A stretch of 64,000 nt of DNA from an uncultured Gemmatimonadota bacterium. GTDB taxonomy: Bacteria; JAAXHH01. The notes under the pieces were generated by a model that saw nothing but the letters and a program-made list of their open reading frames with translations, did no database searches and had not been told where the DNA came from. Shown here piece after piece: positions 1 to 9,510 of this stretch (positions are counted from its first letter, which is position 1; each line of letters begins with the position of its first letter). Made by a program: the position numbers and the translations under genes. The stretch is from NCBI GenBank assembly GCA_951812955.1, contig OX638340.1:1536001-1600000 (forward strand), read 5' to 3'.

Positions 1-1100
1 AGGAACGTGAGGAGTTCATCCGCCGGACCATCGAGGGCGTCAAGACCAAGCAGGCCCAGGGCCGTCGCAGCCATCTGGCGCGCCTGGAACGCATCGAAAA
101 ACCGCGAACCCGGCACCGCACCGCTTCCCTTGACTTCGGAGCGATGAAGCGAAGCGGGAGGGACGTGCTCCACCTGGACGGGGTGTCCAAGAGCTACGGC
201 ATGCGGACTTTGTTCGCGGAACTGCATTTCACCCAGCACCTCGGCGACCGCGTAGGACTGATCGGGTATAACGGGGTCGGAAAGACGACGCTGCTCCGGA
301 TGATCGTCGGCCAGGAAACGCCTTCTTCGGGGACCATCCATCTGGGTACGGGCGTGGACATCGGCTACTACGACCAGGAACGGGCCAGCCTCACCGGCGA
401 GCGGTCCGTACTGAACGAACTCTGGTCCGCCAAGCCCTCCATGAACGAGGGCACGGTAAGAAACCTCCTCGGGAGGTTCCTGTTCAGCGGCGACGACGTC
501 TTCAAGCAGGTCGAGATGCTGAGTGGGGGCGAGCAGGGACGATTGGCGCTGGCCAAGCTGATCCTCGGGGAACCGAATTTCCTGGTACTCGACGAGCCGA
601 CCAATCACCTCGACATCCTCTCCAGGCAGGCCCTCGAACAGGCCCTGGCCGACTATCCCGGCACGCTCCTGGTGGCGTCCCACGACAGGTACTTCCTCGA
701 CCAGGCGGTGAACGCGCTCCTGGTCTTCGAAGCAGAAGGCGTGAGCCACTGGCAGGGAACCTACTCGGAATACCGTGCCTTCAAGGAGGAGCAGCGACGT
801 TCCGAGGCAAAGGAGAAGGAGAGGGCGAAGGAGGATAAGCCGCGCCAGAAGACCGGAGCGACATACGATCCCCGTAAGAAAGAACGCAAGGAGCAGCGGA
901 TGATGGCCGATGCGCTGGAGGCGGCCATTCGGAAGAAAGAAGCGGAGATCGCCCGTCTCGAAGGCGACCTGGGCGAGGAAGGGACTTTCACCGACCACGA
1001 AACGGTCGCCCGGGTCGGCAATGCCTATGTGCGCGCCCGGCGGGAACTGGAGGACCTCTACGTGGAGTGGGAGGTCGTCACCATGGAACTGGAAGAATAA
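1..1100 (+). CDS. ABC-F family ATPase (EttA/Uup/YheS-like), 5' end truncated by the window edge. The visible part is the inter-domain linker, the second ABC domain and a charged coiled-coil C-terminus.
   Basis: The reading frame is open from position 3 (ERE EFIRRTIEGVKTKQAQGRR...). Walker A GYNGVGKTT, signature LSGGEQGRL, Walker B FLVLDEPTNHLD, KEKERAKEDK tail. Confidence 0.85.
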   Translation, partial: EREEFIRRTIEGVKTKQAQGRRSHLARLERIEKPRTRHRTASLDFGAMKRSGRDVLHLDGVSKSYGMRTLFAELHFTQHLGDRVGLIGYNGVGKTTLLRMIVGQETPSSGTIHLGTGVDIGYYDQERASLTGERSVLNELWSAKPSMNEGTVRNLLGRFLFSGDDVFKQVEMLSGGEQGRLALAKLILGEPNFLVLDEPTNHLDILSRQALEQALADYPGTLLVASHDRYFLDQAVNALLVFEAEGVSHWQGTYSEYRAFKEEQRRSEAKEKERAKEDKPRQKTGATYDPRKKERKEQRMMADALEAAIRKKEAEIARLEGDLGEEGTFTDHETVARVGNAYVRARRELEDLYVEWEVVTMELEE

Positions 1101-1214
1101 GCGTCTGGGCCTTATGCGCTCGCGTACAGAATAGTTATTCGAAAGAGCGGGAATCAGCGGAATAACAGAAACCGGAAGAGCTGGAAACATTGGAAGAATA
1201 AGATTGGAGGCAAC

Positions 1215-2192
1215 TTGTACGACGCCGTCATTATTGGAGCCGGACCGGCGGGACTCGCCGCGGCCTACGCGGCCAAACAGGCCGGGTTGGACTACGTGGT
1301 CGTGGAACGACAGTGCATCGTCCACACCATCTACCAGTTCCCGACTGGACTGATCTTCTATTCGACCCCGGAACTGATCTCGCTGGGCGACGTGCCCATG
1401 ATCGTCCAGGGGCTCAAACCCACCCGCGAAGAAGCGCTGAATTACTACCTCAAATTCGTCGAGTCCCAGGGGATCCAGGTCAACACATACGAAGAAGTCA
1501 AAAGCATCTCCGGAGAGGACGGCGATTTCGAGATCCGGTCCGTTTCGCAGCGGGAAGGCGACAGGCTATACCGTACACGCAAAGTCATCCTGGCCACCGG
1601 CGCCTTCGACAGCGCCAATCGGATCGGCGTGCCCGGCGAGGAACTGCCCAAGGTCTTCCACTACTTCAAAGAGGGCCATCCCTACTTCGACCGGGACGTC
1701 CTCGTCGTGGGCGGCAAGAGTTCGGCGGTCGAGACCGCCCTGACCCTGTACCGCGCTGGAGCGCGCGTCACAATGTCCTACCGCCGCAGCGGGTTCCGGG
1801 GCATCAAGTACTGGGTTCTGCCCGACCTGGAGAACCGCATTAGTGAAGGTTCCATCACGGCCCACATGAATTCCACGCTGAAGGAGATCAGGCAGGCCGA
1901 GGTGGTCCTGGACTTGGCCGGATCGGAGCGCGTGATCCCGAACGACTTCGTATTCTGCATGACCGGCCACGGTCCCGACGTGCCCTTTCTGAGCGGCACG
2001 GGCGTCGAGATCCAGCCCGACAACAACGTACCGGTGCACGATCCCGACACCTTCGAATCCAACGTCCCCGGTATCTACATAATCGGCGTCATCACGGCCG
2101 GCAACGTGAGCAGCGACATCTTTATCGAGAACAGCCGGTTGCACGGACCCAAGGTCGTCGAGCATATGCTGGCGCAGAGCGGCGTTTCGTAG
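1215..2192 (+). CDS. YpdA-family FAD/NAD(P)-binding oxidoreductase (thioredoxin-reductase-like; putative bacillithiol-disulfide reductase family)
   Basis: TTG start with GGAGG RBS at 1206-1210. N-terminal IIGAGPAGLAAA Rossmann motif; IYQFPTGLIFYSTPE block resembles YpdA. Confidence 0.7.
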   Translation: MYDAVIIGAGPAGLAAAYAAKQAGLDYVVVERQCIVHTIYQFPTGLIFYSTPELISLGDVPMIVQGLKPTREEALNYYLKFVESQGIQVNTYEEVKSISGEDGDFEIRSVSQREGDRLYRTRKVILATGAFDSANRIGVPGEELPKVFHYFKEGHPYFDRDVLVVGGKSSAVETALTLYRAGARVTMSYRRSGFRGIKYWVLPDLENRISEGSITAHMNSTLKEIRQAEVVLDLAGSERVIPNDFVFCMTGHGPDVPFLSGTGVEIQPDNNVPVHDPDTFESNVPGIYIIGVITAGNVSSDIFIENSRLHGPKVVEHMLAQSGVS

Positions 2193-2408
2193 TGCGGTCT
2201 GAGCATTCCGGGACCGATCCAGGGAAAAACGAGATGAGTATACGCCTGTATTTCAATGAGAACTGCCCCGATTGCGGGACGAAGAAAACTGGGATGCAAC
2301 GGTAACGCATGCGAGATTTGAAACGATTGCCTTGCTGTTCGTGGCGACATTAAATAAGGTTGCACAGATAACCCACGGCTATACTCATGTCATTGCAGAG
2401 GTATATCC

Positions 2409-2912
2409 ATGAATGAGAACAAGTCCTCTCCCAATCCCCTCGTCGGTGTGGTCATGGGCAGTAAGTCGGACTGGGACACCATGCAGAACGTCAGGGACGT
2501 GCTCGATCAATTCGACGTGCCCCACGAATGCCGGGTCGTCTCGGCCCACCGCACGCCCCTCTGGCTCGCCGAATACGCGGCCGAAGCCGAGGGTCGGGGA
2601 CTCGAAGTCATCATCGCGGGTGCCGGCGGCGCGGCCCACCTGCCCGGCATGATGGCGGCCCAGACCCTCCTACCCGTCCTCGGCGTGCCCGTGGAAAGCA
2701 AAGCGCTCAAGGGCATGGATTCCCTGCTCTCCATCGTCCAGATGCCTCGCGGCATTCCCGTGGGCACCCTGGCCATCGGCCAGTCCGGCGCAGTCAACGC
2801 GGGCCTGCTCGCCGTGGCCATCCTGGCCAACTCGCGATCGGACCTCAGGGAGAAACTGAGAAAGTTCCGTGAAGACCAGACTGGCAAAGTCTTGGGGGAT
2901 GAGCTTCCGTGA
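2409..2912 (+). CDS. purE: N5-carboxyaminoimidazole ribonucleotide mutase
   Basis: [14 protein letters not shown] and [13 protein letters not shown] motifs typical of PurE; 4-nt overlap with downstream purK. Confidence 0.9.
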   Translation: MNENKSSPNPLVGVVMGSKSDWDTMQNVRDVLDQFDVPHECRVVSAHRTPLWLAEYAAEAEGRGLEVIIAGAGGAAHLPGMMAAQTLLPVLGVPVESKALKGMDSLLSIVQMPRGIPVGTLAIGQSGAVNAGLLAVAILANSRSDLREKLRKFREDQTGKVLGDELP

Positions 2913-4060
2913 GCGGAATAAATGATCCCATCCTCCCCGGTTCGACCATCGGCATTCTCGGCAGCGGCCAGCTCGGCCGCATGATCGCCATCGCCGCCCG
3001 GCGCATGGGTTACCGAGTCCACACCCTCTCGCCCGAAATAGACTCGCCCACCGGCCAGGTCGCCGACCGCGAAATCGTAGCAGCCTATGACGACGTGGAG
3101 GCCGTGAAGCGATTCGCCAGCGACGTGGACGTCATCACCCTGGAATTCGAGAACATCTCGGCTGCCTGTGTCGACGCCGCGTCACCCATAGCGCCGGTTC
3201 GGCCGAAAGGAAGCGTGCTCCATACGACCCAGAACCGCCTGAGAGAGAAGACTTTTCTGGCTGATCATGGTTTTCCGGTCGCGCCGGTTCGCCATGTCAA
3301 ATCCAGAGGCGAGTTGGCAGTGGCCGTCGAGGAAATCGGCACGCCTGCCGTGCTCAAGACGGCCGGATTCGGCTACGACGGCAAGGGGCAGGTAAGGATC
3401 ACCTCGGCGGACGACGTAGACAGTGCGTGGACATCCATGGCAGGGCAAGAAGCGGTGCTTGAAGCGTTCATCGACTTCGACCTGGAAATGTCGGTGGTGG
3501 CCGCTAGAGGATTGACCGGCGACTTCGCGCACTACGGCACTGTTGAGAACAAACATACCAACCACATACTCGACGTCACGACCGCACCGGCTGACGTGTC
3601 TGGTGCCGTAAACGTCACAGCCATTAACCTAACCAGGAAGGTATTCAAGGCCCTCGACGTCGTCGGTGTCGCCTGCGTCGAATACTTCCTCGACCGCGAC
3701 GAGAACCTCATCATCAACGAAATCGCACCTCGCGTCCACAACTCGGGACACTTTACCTTCGACGCCTGCGCTACGAGTCAGTTCGAACAGCAGGTTCGGG
3801 CCGTGTGCGGCCTGCCCCTGGGATCGACCGAACAGCCCCGGCCCGCGGCGATGGCCAACCTGCTGGGAGACCTGTGGGAGAACGGGGAGCCGGATTGGGC
3901 AGCCGCTTTGGCCATCCCGGAGGTCAAGTTGCACCTGTACGGAAAGCAGGAAGCCCGGCCTGGGAGGAAGATGGGGCATTTGACGGCGATGGCAGATACT
4001 CGGGAACAGGCGGTTGAGCGGGTGGTGGAGGGGAGGGGTAAACTTAGTGGATCTGATTGA
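2909..4060 (+). CDS. purK: N5-carboxyaminoimidazole ribonucleotide synthase (ATP-grasp)
   Basis: [11 protein letters not shown]-terminus, ATP-grasp central region, translationally coupled to purE. Confidence 0.9.
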   Translation: MSGINDPILPGSTIGILGSGQLGRMIAIAARRMGYRVHTLSPEIDSPTGQVADREIVAAYDDVEAVKRFASDVDVITLEFENISAACVDAASPIAPVRPKGSVLHTTQNRLREKTFLADHGFPVAPVRHVKSRGELAVAVEEIGTPAVLKTAGFGYDGKGQVRITSADDVDSAWTSMAGQEAVLEAFIDFDLEMSVVAARGLTGDFAHYGTVENKHTNHILDVTTAPADVSGAVNVTAINLTRKVFKALDVVGVACVEYFLDRDENLIINEIAPRVHNSGHFTFDACATSQFEQQVRAVCGLPLGSTEQPRPAAMANLLGDLWENGEPDWAAALAIPEVKLHLYGKQEARPGRKMGHLTAMADTREQAVERVVEGRGKLSGSD

Positions 4061-4080
4061 ATTATGAGGGATTGTTCAAT

Positions 4081-4118
4081 CCTGGTTAAAAACTGTAACC
4101 GGGTATGTTATTTTGCCT
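4081..4118. terminator. Putative bidirectional intrinsic terminator between convergent purK and the Sel1-repeat gene
   Basis: Hairpin CCUGGUUA-aaaacug-UAACCGGG (8 bp stem including one U-G pair) followed by the U-rich tract tatgttattttg. Confidence 0.45.
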
Positions 4119-5880
4119 GAGGAATGCGTTCGCGAAGAGTGTTTGTAAGGTCTTTAGCCTGTTCCAGCATGCTTTCAGTCATATTCTGTCTAACCAATTC
4201 CAGGTTATGAACCGCTTTGCTGTCTCCACGCTCCGCTGAGAGGCCGATCCAGGCATAGGCCTTCACGAGATCCCGCATGGCGCTGTCGCCGCTGAAGTGT
4301 ATGATACCCATATTCGTCATGGCTTCTATTTTTCCCTGTTCGGCGGCCTTCAGATACCAGTTTACCGCCTCACTGTCGTTTTCGGGTACTCCTCTGCCCT
4401 TGTCGTAATACAGACCGAGATTGAACTGTGCCATTTCATGACCCTGGTCTGCAGCCGCGCGAAACCACCGTAACGCTTCCGGATGGTTTGTCGGCCTGCC
4501 TTCACCGAAGGCATACATGACGCCTAGATTGTACCGGGCGCCCACGTGCCCCGCCTCAGCGGCCATGCGATACCATCGATACGCTTCGAACCAATTCTGC
4601 ACCACGCCATCTCCCATGTGGTACATATACCCCAGTCTCTCCTGCGCGTCATCGACACCCTGATCAGCAGCCAGGCGATACCATCGAACAGCTTCGGCAT
4701 TATCCTCGGGTACGCCTCTACCTCTGTCGTAAATGAATCCTAAGAGATACTGGGCTGACTTGTCACCCTGTTCCGCGGCTTTGCGAAACCAGAGGTGTGC
4801 TTCAGTTTTATCTTCGGGCACGCCATTGCCTCTGTCGTAAATCAGCGCTAAACTATACTGGGCTTCCGTATGGCCCTGCTCGGCCGCCTTGCGGTACCAG
4901 TGAGCTGCCCTGGTTGCGTCCTCCGGCACACCATCACCACGGGCATACCTGGCCGCAAGATAGTACTGGGCGTCCGCATGATCCTGCTCCGCGGCCTTAA
5001 GGTACCAGTAAGCCGCTTGATCTGAGTCCTCCGGCACACCATCGCCGAAGGCATATCGCGCTGCCAGATAGGTTTGGGCCTGGGCGTTCCCCTGCTCGGC
5101 GGCTCTGCGATACCAGTAGGCGGCCTGCGCGGCGTCCTCAGGTACGCCCTCGCCCTGCGCATACATGATGCCCAGGTTGATCTGAGCTGCATCATGATCC
5201 TGTTCCGCGGCTTTACGATACCAGTAAACAGCCTTTACATCGTCTATCGGCACGCCATCTCCGGTATCGTAAAAAAGGCCCAGAAAATACTGGGCAGAAT
5301 CAAATCCCTGTTCAGCAGCCCGGGTGAACCACGTTAATGCCTTCGCGGTTTCCGCCTCCACTCCGGTACCGTACTTATACATGTATCCGATTCTGACTTG
5401 TGCATATTCATATCCCTGTTCGGCGGCTTTTTCGAACCAGCCAAATGCCACGGAAGCATCCTCGTCGACACCGACTCCGGACATGTACATGGTACCCAAA
5501 CGGTACTGGGCTCTAGCATGATCCTGTTCGGCGGCCTTGAGGTACCACCTCGCCGCCACGGTTTCATCCTTTGCTACACCTCTGCCCCCAGCATACATGA
5601 ATCCGACATTGTACTGGGCATCCGCGTGGCCCTGATCGGCAGCTTCCGTAAACCACTTGAACGCTTCCTCGTAATCTTGATCCACTCCGGCACCGTCATA
5701 GTACATGTCACCAAGCGAGTTTTGCGCCTCGGCATCGCCTGCCAGCGCCGCTTGCCGAGTTTCCTCAAGGTTGGCTTCCTCCTGGCCAACCACCTGTGCG
5801 GGTAAAAACACCGAGACGACAAGAGCAAGTACCATGAATCCAGCCAACCGCCGAGATCGTACAATAGATTGCTTACCCAA
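4108..5880 (-). CDS. Secreted Sel1-repeat (SLR/TPR-like) protein, about 15 tandem 36-aa repeats
   Basis: N-terminal signal peptide, then the reiterated motif AQ(Y/F)xLGxMYxxGxGVxxDxxxAxxWYRKAAEQG. Confidence 0.85.
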   Translation of the reverse strand: MGKQSIVRSRRLAGFMVLALVVSVFLPAQVVGQEEANLEETRQAALAGDAEAQNSLGDMYYDGAGVDQDYEEAFKWFTEAADQGHADAQYNVGFMYAGGRGVAKDETVAARWYLKAAEQDHARAQYRLGTMYMSGVGVDEDASVAFGWFEKAAEQGYEYAQVRIGYMYKYGTGVEAETAKALTWFTRAAEQGFDSAQYFLGLFYDTGDGVPIDDVKAVYWYRKAAEQDHDAAQINLGIMYAQGEGVPEDAAQAAYWYRRAAEQGNAQAQTYLAARYAFGDGVPEDSDQAAYWYLKAAEQDHADAQYYLAARYARGDGVPEDATRAAHWYRKAAEQGHTEAQYSLALIYDRGNGVPEDKTEAHLWFRKAAEQGDKSAQYLLGFIYDRGRGVPEDNAEAVRWYRLAADQGVDDAQERLGYMYHMGDGVVQNWFEAYRWYRMAAEAGHVGARYNLGVMYAFGEGRPTNHPEALRWFRAAADQGHEMAQFNLGLYYDKGRGVPENDSEAVNWYLKAAEQGKIEAMTNMGIIHFSGDSAMRDLVKAYAWIGLSAERGDSKAVHNLELVRQNMTESMLEQAKDLTNTLRERIPQAK

Positions 5881-5977
5881 ATCCCAACTCCCATTTGGTT
5901 GGTAGTTCAGAGCTTCGTCTGATCGACGCTCGACGAACGTCAGTCTGTCGTTATCCTATCGTCGCGGGACGCGACCG

Positions 5978-8050
5978 TCATTCGATTTCAGCCTGGTATA
6001 TCCTGTCGTGATACGTCTCGGCGAGCTTTTCCGCCTGGTCGATTTGTTCGGTGGACATGTAAATCCTGAAACTTTCAATGTTGCTATTGGCCAGACTGTC
6101 GCCCTGCACTGCGGCGACTTTAGTCCAGGCATAGCCCAGTATTTCGTTCTCCGGTACCCCTTTTGCATTGAAATAAAGATATCCCATGTTAATCTGTGCA
6201 TTCACAATACCCTGTTCCGCGGCCATTCTGTACCACAGAAGTGCTTCCTCTTCATTCTTTTGCACACCCTCACCATCCTCGTACAAGACCCCGAGATTGA
6301 ACTGAGCATCCCCATCACCCTGTACAGCTGCCTTGCGATACCACGAAGCGGCCTTATCATTGTTCTCCGGAACGCCGTTACCCAAATCGTATAAAAGTCC
6401 CAGGTTGAACTGGGCACCCGGATGTCCCTGGCCTGCCGACCTTGCATACCACCGTGCCGCTTCAGTGTAATCCTGAGGAAGGCCCAATCCGTTTTCGTGC
6501 ATATATCCTATATTGTTCTGGGCGTACGGTTCGTCCTGCTCCGCAGCCAAATTATACCACCTGATCGCGTCGGCATAATTCACCGGTACTCCGTAACCCT
6601 GTTCATACATGATACCCATGTTTAACTGCGCATCCCGATCTCCTTGGACTGCAGCCTTGTTGAACCAGGCCAGCGCCGCAGAATCATCTTGTGCAACCCC
6701 GTCACCCAACCTATACAAAATGCCCATTTTGTACTGGGCGAATACGTAATCCCGCTCTGCTGCGCGTTGAAACCACTGTGCAGCAAGCGATTTATCCAAT
6801 TCAACACCCAATCCATCTTCGTACATGACACCTAAGTTGTATTGGGCGATATAGTTTCCCTGGTCTGCAGCTTTTCTAACCCATTTTGCAGCCTCATTAA
6901 AGTCTCTCGGAACACCCTCTCCATTCTTGTACATAACTCCCAAAACATTCTGGGCATCCGCGTCCCCTTGTTCGGCAGCCTTACGATACCAGAAAACAGC
7001 CTCATCGTTCTGTTCTGGAACTCCCTCACCATTATCATACATGACCCCAAGACTGTACTGTGCATTCCCATTGCCCTGGTCTGCGGATTTTCGGTACCAA
7101 TTAACCGCTTTTTCGTCGGATTCCGGTACCCCCAGTCCTTCGTCGTACATGGATCCCAGGCTGTATTGTGAGCTTGAATGTCCCTGCTCGGCCGCCAGTC
7201 GGTACCAGTAAACTGCCTGCGCATCATCCTCCGGCACTCCGGTACCCAAATCGTATATCGCTCCGAGTTTGAACTGAGCATCCGAGTGATTCTGCTCAGA
7301 GGCCATACGATACCATATAACTGACTCGGCATCATCTTTCGAAATTCCTGTACCACCAAATTCGTACATCAATCCCATGTTATACTGGGCGGACGCATTC
7401 CCTTGCACAGCTGCTTTACGGTACCAACGGACTGCCTCGGTATCGTCTTCCTCTACGCCTAACCCGTTGTCATACATCAGGCCCAGGTTATTCTGCGCCA
7501 TGTTATGATCCTGCGTAGCAGCCTTAAGATACCACTCAACGGCTTTTGAGTCATCTTGCTCAACGCCGAGGCCATTAGCATAGAAAACCCCAATACCGAA
7601 TTGTGCGTCCGCGTCATTCTGCTCTGCAGACCTTAACATCCAGCGGAAACTCACAGAAGGATCACGTTGAACGCCTTCGCCATACAGGTACGCGTATCCC
7701 AGGTTGTACTGCGCGGCTGCATTATCCTTCTCAGCGGCTCTGCGATACCACTTCACCGCTTCTGCCGGGTCTTGGGGAACGCCATGACCACTGTCAATCA
7801 TAACACCAAGCATGAACTGGGCTTTTGCGTGATCCTGATCCGCAGCCTTACGATACCACACCAGTGCCGCAGAATAGTCCTCTTCTACACCATTGCCAAA
7901 GAAGTACATATCACCGAGCAAAACCTGAGCTTCTGTATCGCCCTGGCGCGCCGCCTGAAGTGTCTCATCGAAATCCGGCGACTCCTGTGCGGCTGACTGC
8001 GTGCTGAAGGCAGTCAGAATCGCCAAGGCAAGGTGTAGTGATTTCGTCAT
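5978..8050 (-). CDS. Secreted Sel1-repeat (SLR) protein, about 18 tandem repeats
   Basis: Signal peptide MTKSLHLALAILTAFSTQSAAQ. Same Sel1 consensus as the downstream paralogue. Confidence 0.85.
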   Translation of the reverse strand: MTKSLHLALAILTAFSTQSAAQESPDFDETLQAARQGDTEAQVLLGDMYFFGNGVEEDYSAALVWYRKAADQDHAKAQFMLGVMIDSGHGVPQDPAEAVKWYRRAAEKDNAAAQYNLGYAYLYGEGVQRDPSVSFRWMLRSAEQNDADAQFGIGVFYANGLGVEQDDSKAVEWYLKAATQDHNMAQNNLGLMYDNGLGVEEDDTEAVRWYRKAAVQGNASAQYNMGLMYEFGGTGISKDDAESVIWYRMASEQNHSDAQFKLGAIYDLGTGVPEDDAQAVYWYRLAAEQGHSSSQYSLGSMYDEGLGVPESDEKAVNWYRKSADQGNGNAQYSLGVMYDNGEGVPEQNDEAVFWYRKAAEQGDADAQNVLGVMYKNGEGVPRDFNEAAKWVRKAADQGNYIAQYNLGVMYEDGLGVELDKSLAAQWFQRAAERDYVFAQYKMGILYRLGDGVAQDDSAALAWFNKAAVQGDRDAQLNMGIMYEQGYGVPVNYADAIRWYNLAAEQDEPYAQNNIGYMHENGLGLPQDYTEAARWYARSAGQGHPGAQFNLGLLYDLGNGVPENNDKAASWYRKAAVQGDGDAQFNLGVLYEDGEGVQKNEEEALLWYRMAAEQGIVNAQINMGYLYFNAKGVPENEILGYAWTKVAAVQGDSLANSNIESFRIYMSTEQIDQAEKLAETYHDRIYQAEIE

Positions 8051-8218
8051 CTTGTCGACAGGCTCTGCTCAGTAGATCAAGCGAAGATAGATGTTCGGGA
8101 GGACACTATCAATCAACAGAATCCTTAAATGGACAGCAACTTTAAATGTATCGATTTGGCAAAATTCGGAATTTAAGATCTGTGGATTGTCGTTGAAAGC
8201 AACATGACAGCCGACGGC

Positions 8219-9310
8219 TTACACCATCCCCCTCAACAACCCAACCGCTTCATCCAGATACTCATCTTGAGTCAGATCCCCTTCGACCAGGTCGGGCCTG
8301 TGACCGCCCCACTGGGTAGCCAGTACCAGCGTCTCGCCGATATCCCATAGCGTCCACGCATTCGCGAAGACCGGCAGGCAGTCCATTTCCTGCTGCGTCA
8401 ATGGACGCACCCGGTTGTAGCCTTCCAGGAAACAACGCCAGATCTCGTCGGTCAAGTGATCGGGTACCGTCTCGATGATATTGTACAGGAAGGTCGCCAC
8501 GTCGTAGGACCGCCAGCCGAACGCACACTGGTCGAAGTCCAGGATGCAGTATCCGTTCTCGGGATGGTACAGGATGTTTCCGACGTGCAGGTCGGCATGG
8601 ATGAGACCGTATATCTCCTTGCCCTTGCCGAGCCCGTTGATTTGACGGCGCATGTGATCGGCGTAATCCTTGAAAAACGACAGGTCCTCTCCGCGCCGTT
8701 CTTTGAGAATGGATCCCAGCGTTTGCAACGGACCGTCCAGCAGGTATTGCAGATCAAAATGGTGACGACAATAAGGTTTCGGAAACTGATCCGCCCGCTG
8801 GTGGATTTCAGCCACAGCCGAACCGCAGGAGATCACGACCGGTTCGTTCACCTCGGGATGCCAGGTAACGTGCTCTTCGCCCTCGAAGAAGTGAAAGAGC
8901 GCACCGCATCGGGCACCGCCCGAGGTGTCTGTGGCAGCGCGCGGAGTATCCTCCATCACACTCAATCGCTGGCCGTCCAACCTTTCCACCGGATCGGGTA
9001 CGGCCAATTCGTACTCTCCCAGATATGCCAGCAGGTCGAGTTCGTACTGATAGGCCTCGGGATTACGGACGTAGAAGTCGTGGTCCGTATAGACCCTGTA
9101 AACGTATCGCCGACCCTTTGACGTAACGAGGTAGTTCCTGTTGGCTCCAGGCTCCAGTTCATTCACATCGATAGGTTCGGCGAGGCCGTAATGGGCCGCG
9201 AGGTAAGAAGCGATGGACGAGAGGGACGATTCTTGAGAATCCGAAGAATCCGAATGTCCGGATGAAGCAGAAGATGCGGATGATGCAGAAGAATCCATAG
9301 TCATCTCCAT
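8219..9310 (-). CDS. Phosphotransferase-family kinase (APH / homoserine-kinase-II / choline-kinase fold) with a Ser-rich low-complexity N-terminus
   Basis: Catalytic loop HADLHVGNILY and the Mg-binding ILDFDQCAFG (DFD) motif. N-terminal SSASSASSASSGHSDSSDSQESS tract. Confidence 0.7.
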   Translation of the reverse strand: MEMTMDSSASSASSASSGHSDSSDSQESSLSSIASYLAAHYGLAEPIDVNELEPGANRNYLVTSKGRRYVYRVYTDHDFYVRNPEAYQYELDLLAYLGEYELAVPDPVERLDGQRLSVMEDTPRAATDTSGGARCGALFHFFEGEEHVTWHPEVNEPVVISCGSAVAEIHQRADQFPKPYCRHHFDLQYLLDGPLQTLGSILKERRGEDLSFFKDYADHMRRQINGLGKGKEIYGLIHADLHVGNILYHPENGYCILDFDQCAFGWRSYDVATFLYNIIETVPDHLTDEIWRCFLEGYNRVRPLTQQEMDCLPVFANAWTLWDIGETLVLATQWGGHRPDLVEGDLTQDEYLDEAVGLLRGMV

Positions 9311-9384
9311 GATGGCGGTTTATACGGTTTTACTGTAATGTGTTTTGCAATCTTGACCGGGACAACAAGTTTAAGTTCATTGCT

Positions 9385-9479
9385 TGAATTGCGATGAGAT
9401 GCGTGAATCGCGATGAGATGCGTGAATCACGATGTACTGTGTGTATCACGGTGAACTGCGTGAATCACGGTAGGTTGCG
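9385..9479. repeat. Five tandem copies of a 19-bp unit TGAATCRCGRTGNNNTGCG in the divergent kinase/sulfatase promoter region
   Basis: Read directly: tgaattgcgatgagatgcg / tgaatcgcgatgagatgcg / tgaatcacgatgtactgtg / tgtatcacggtgaactgcg / tgaatcacggtaggttgcg. Confidence 0.8.
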
Positions 9480-9510
9480 CGTTGGACCGTAACTTCGAGA
9501 GGAGCACCCA

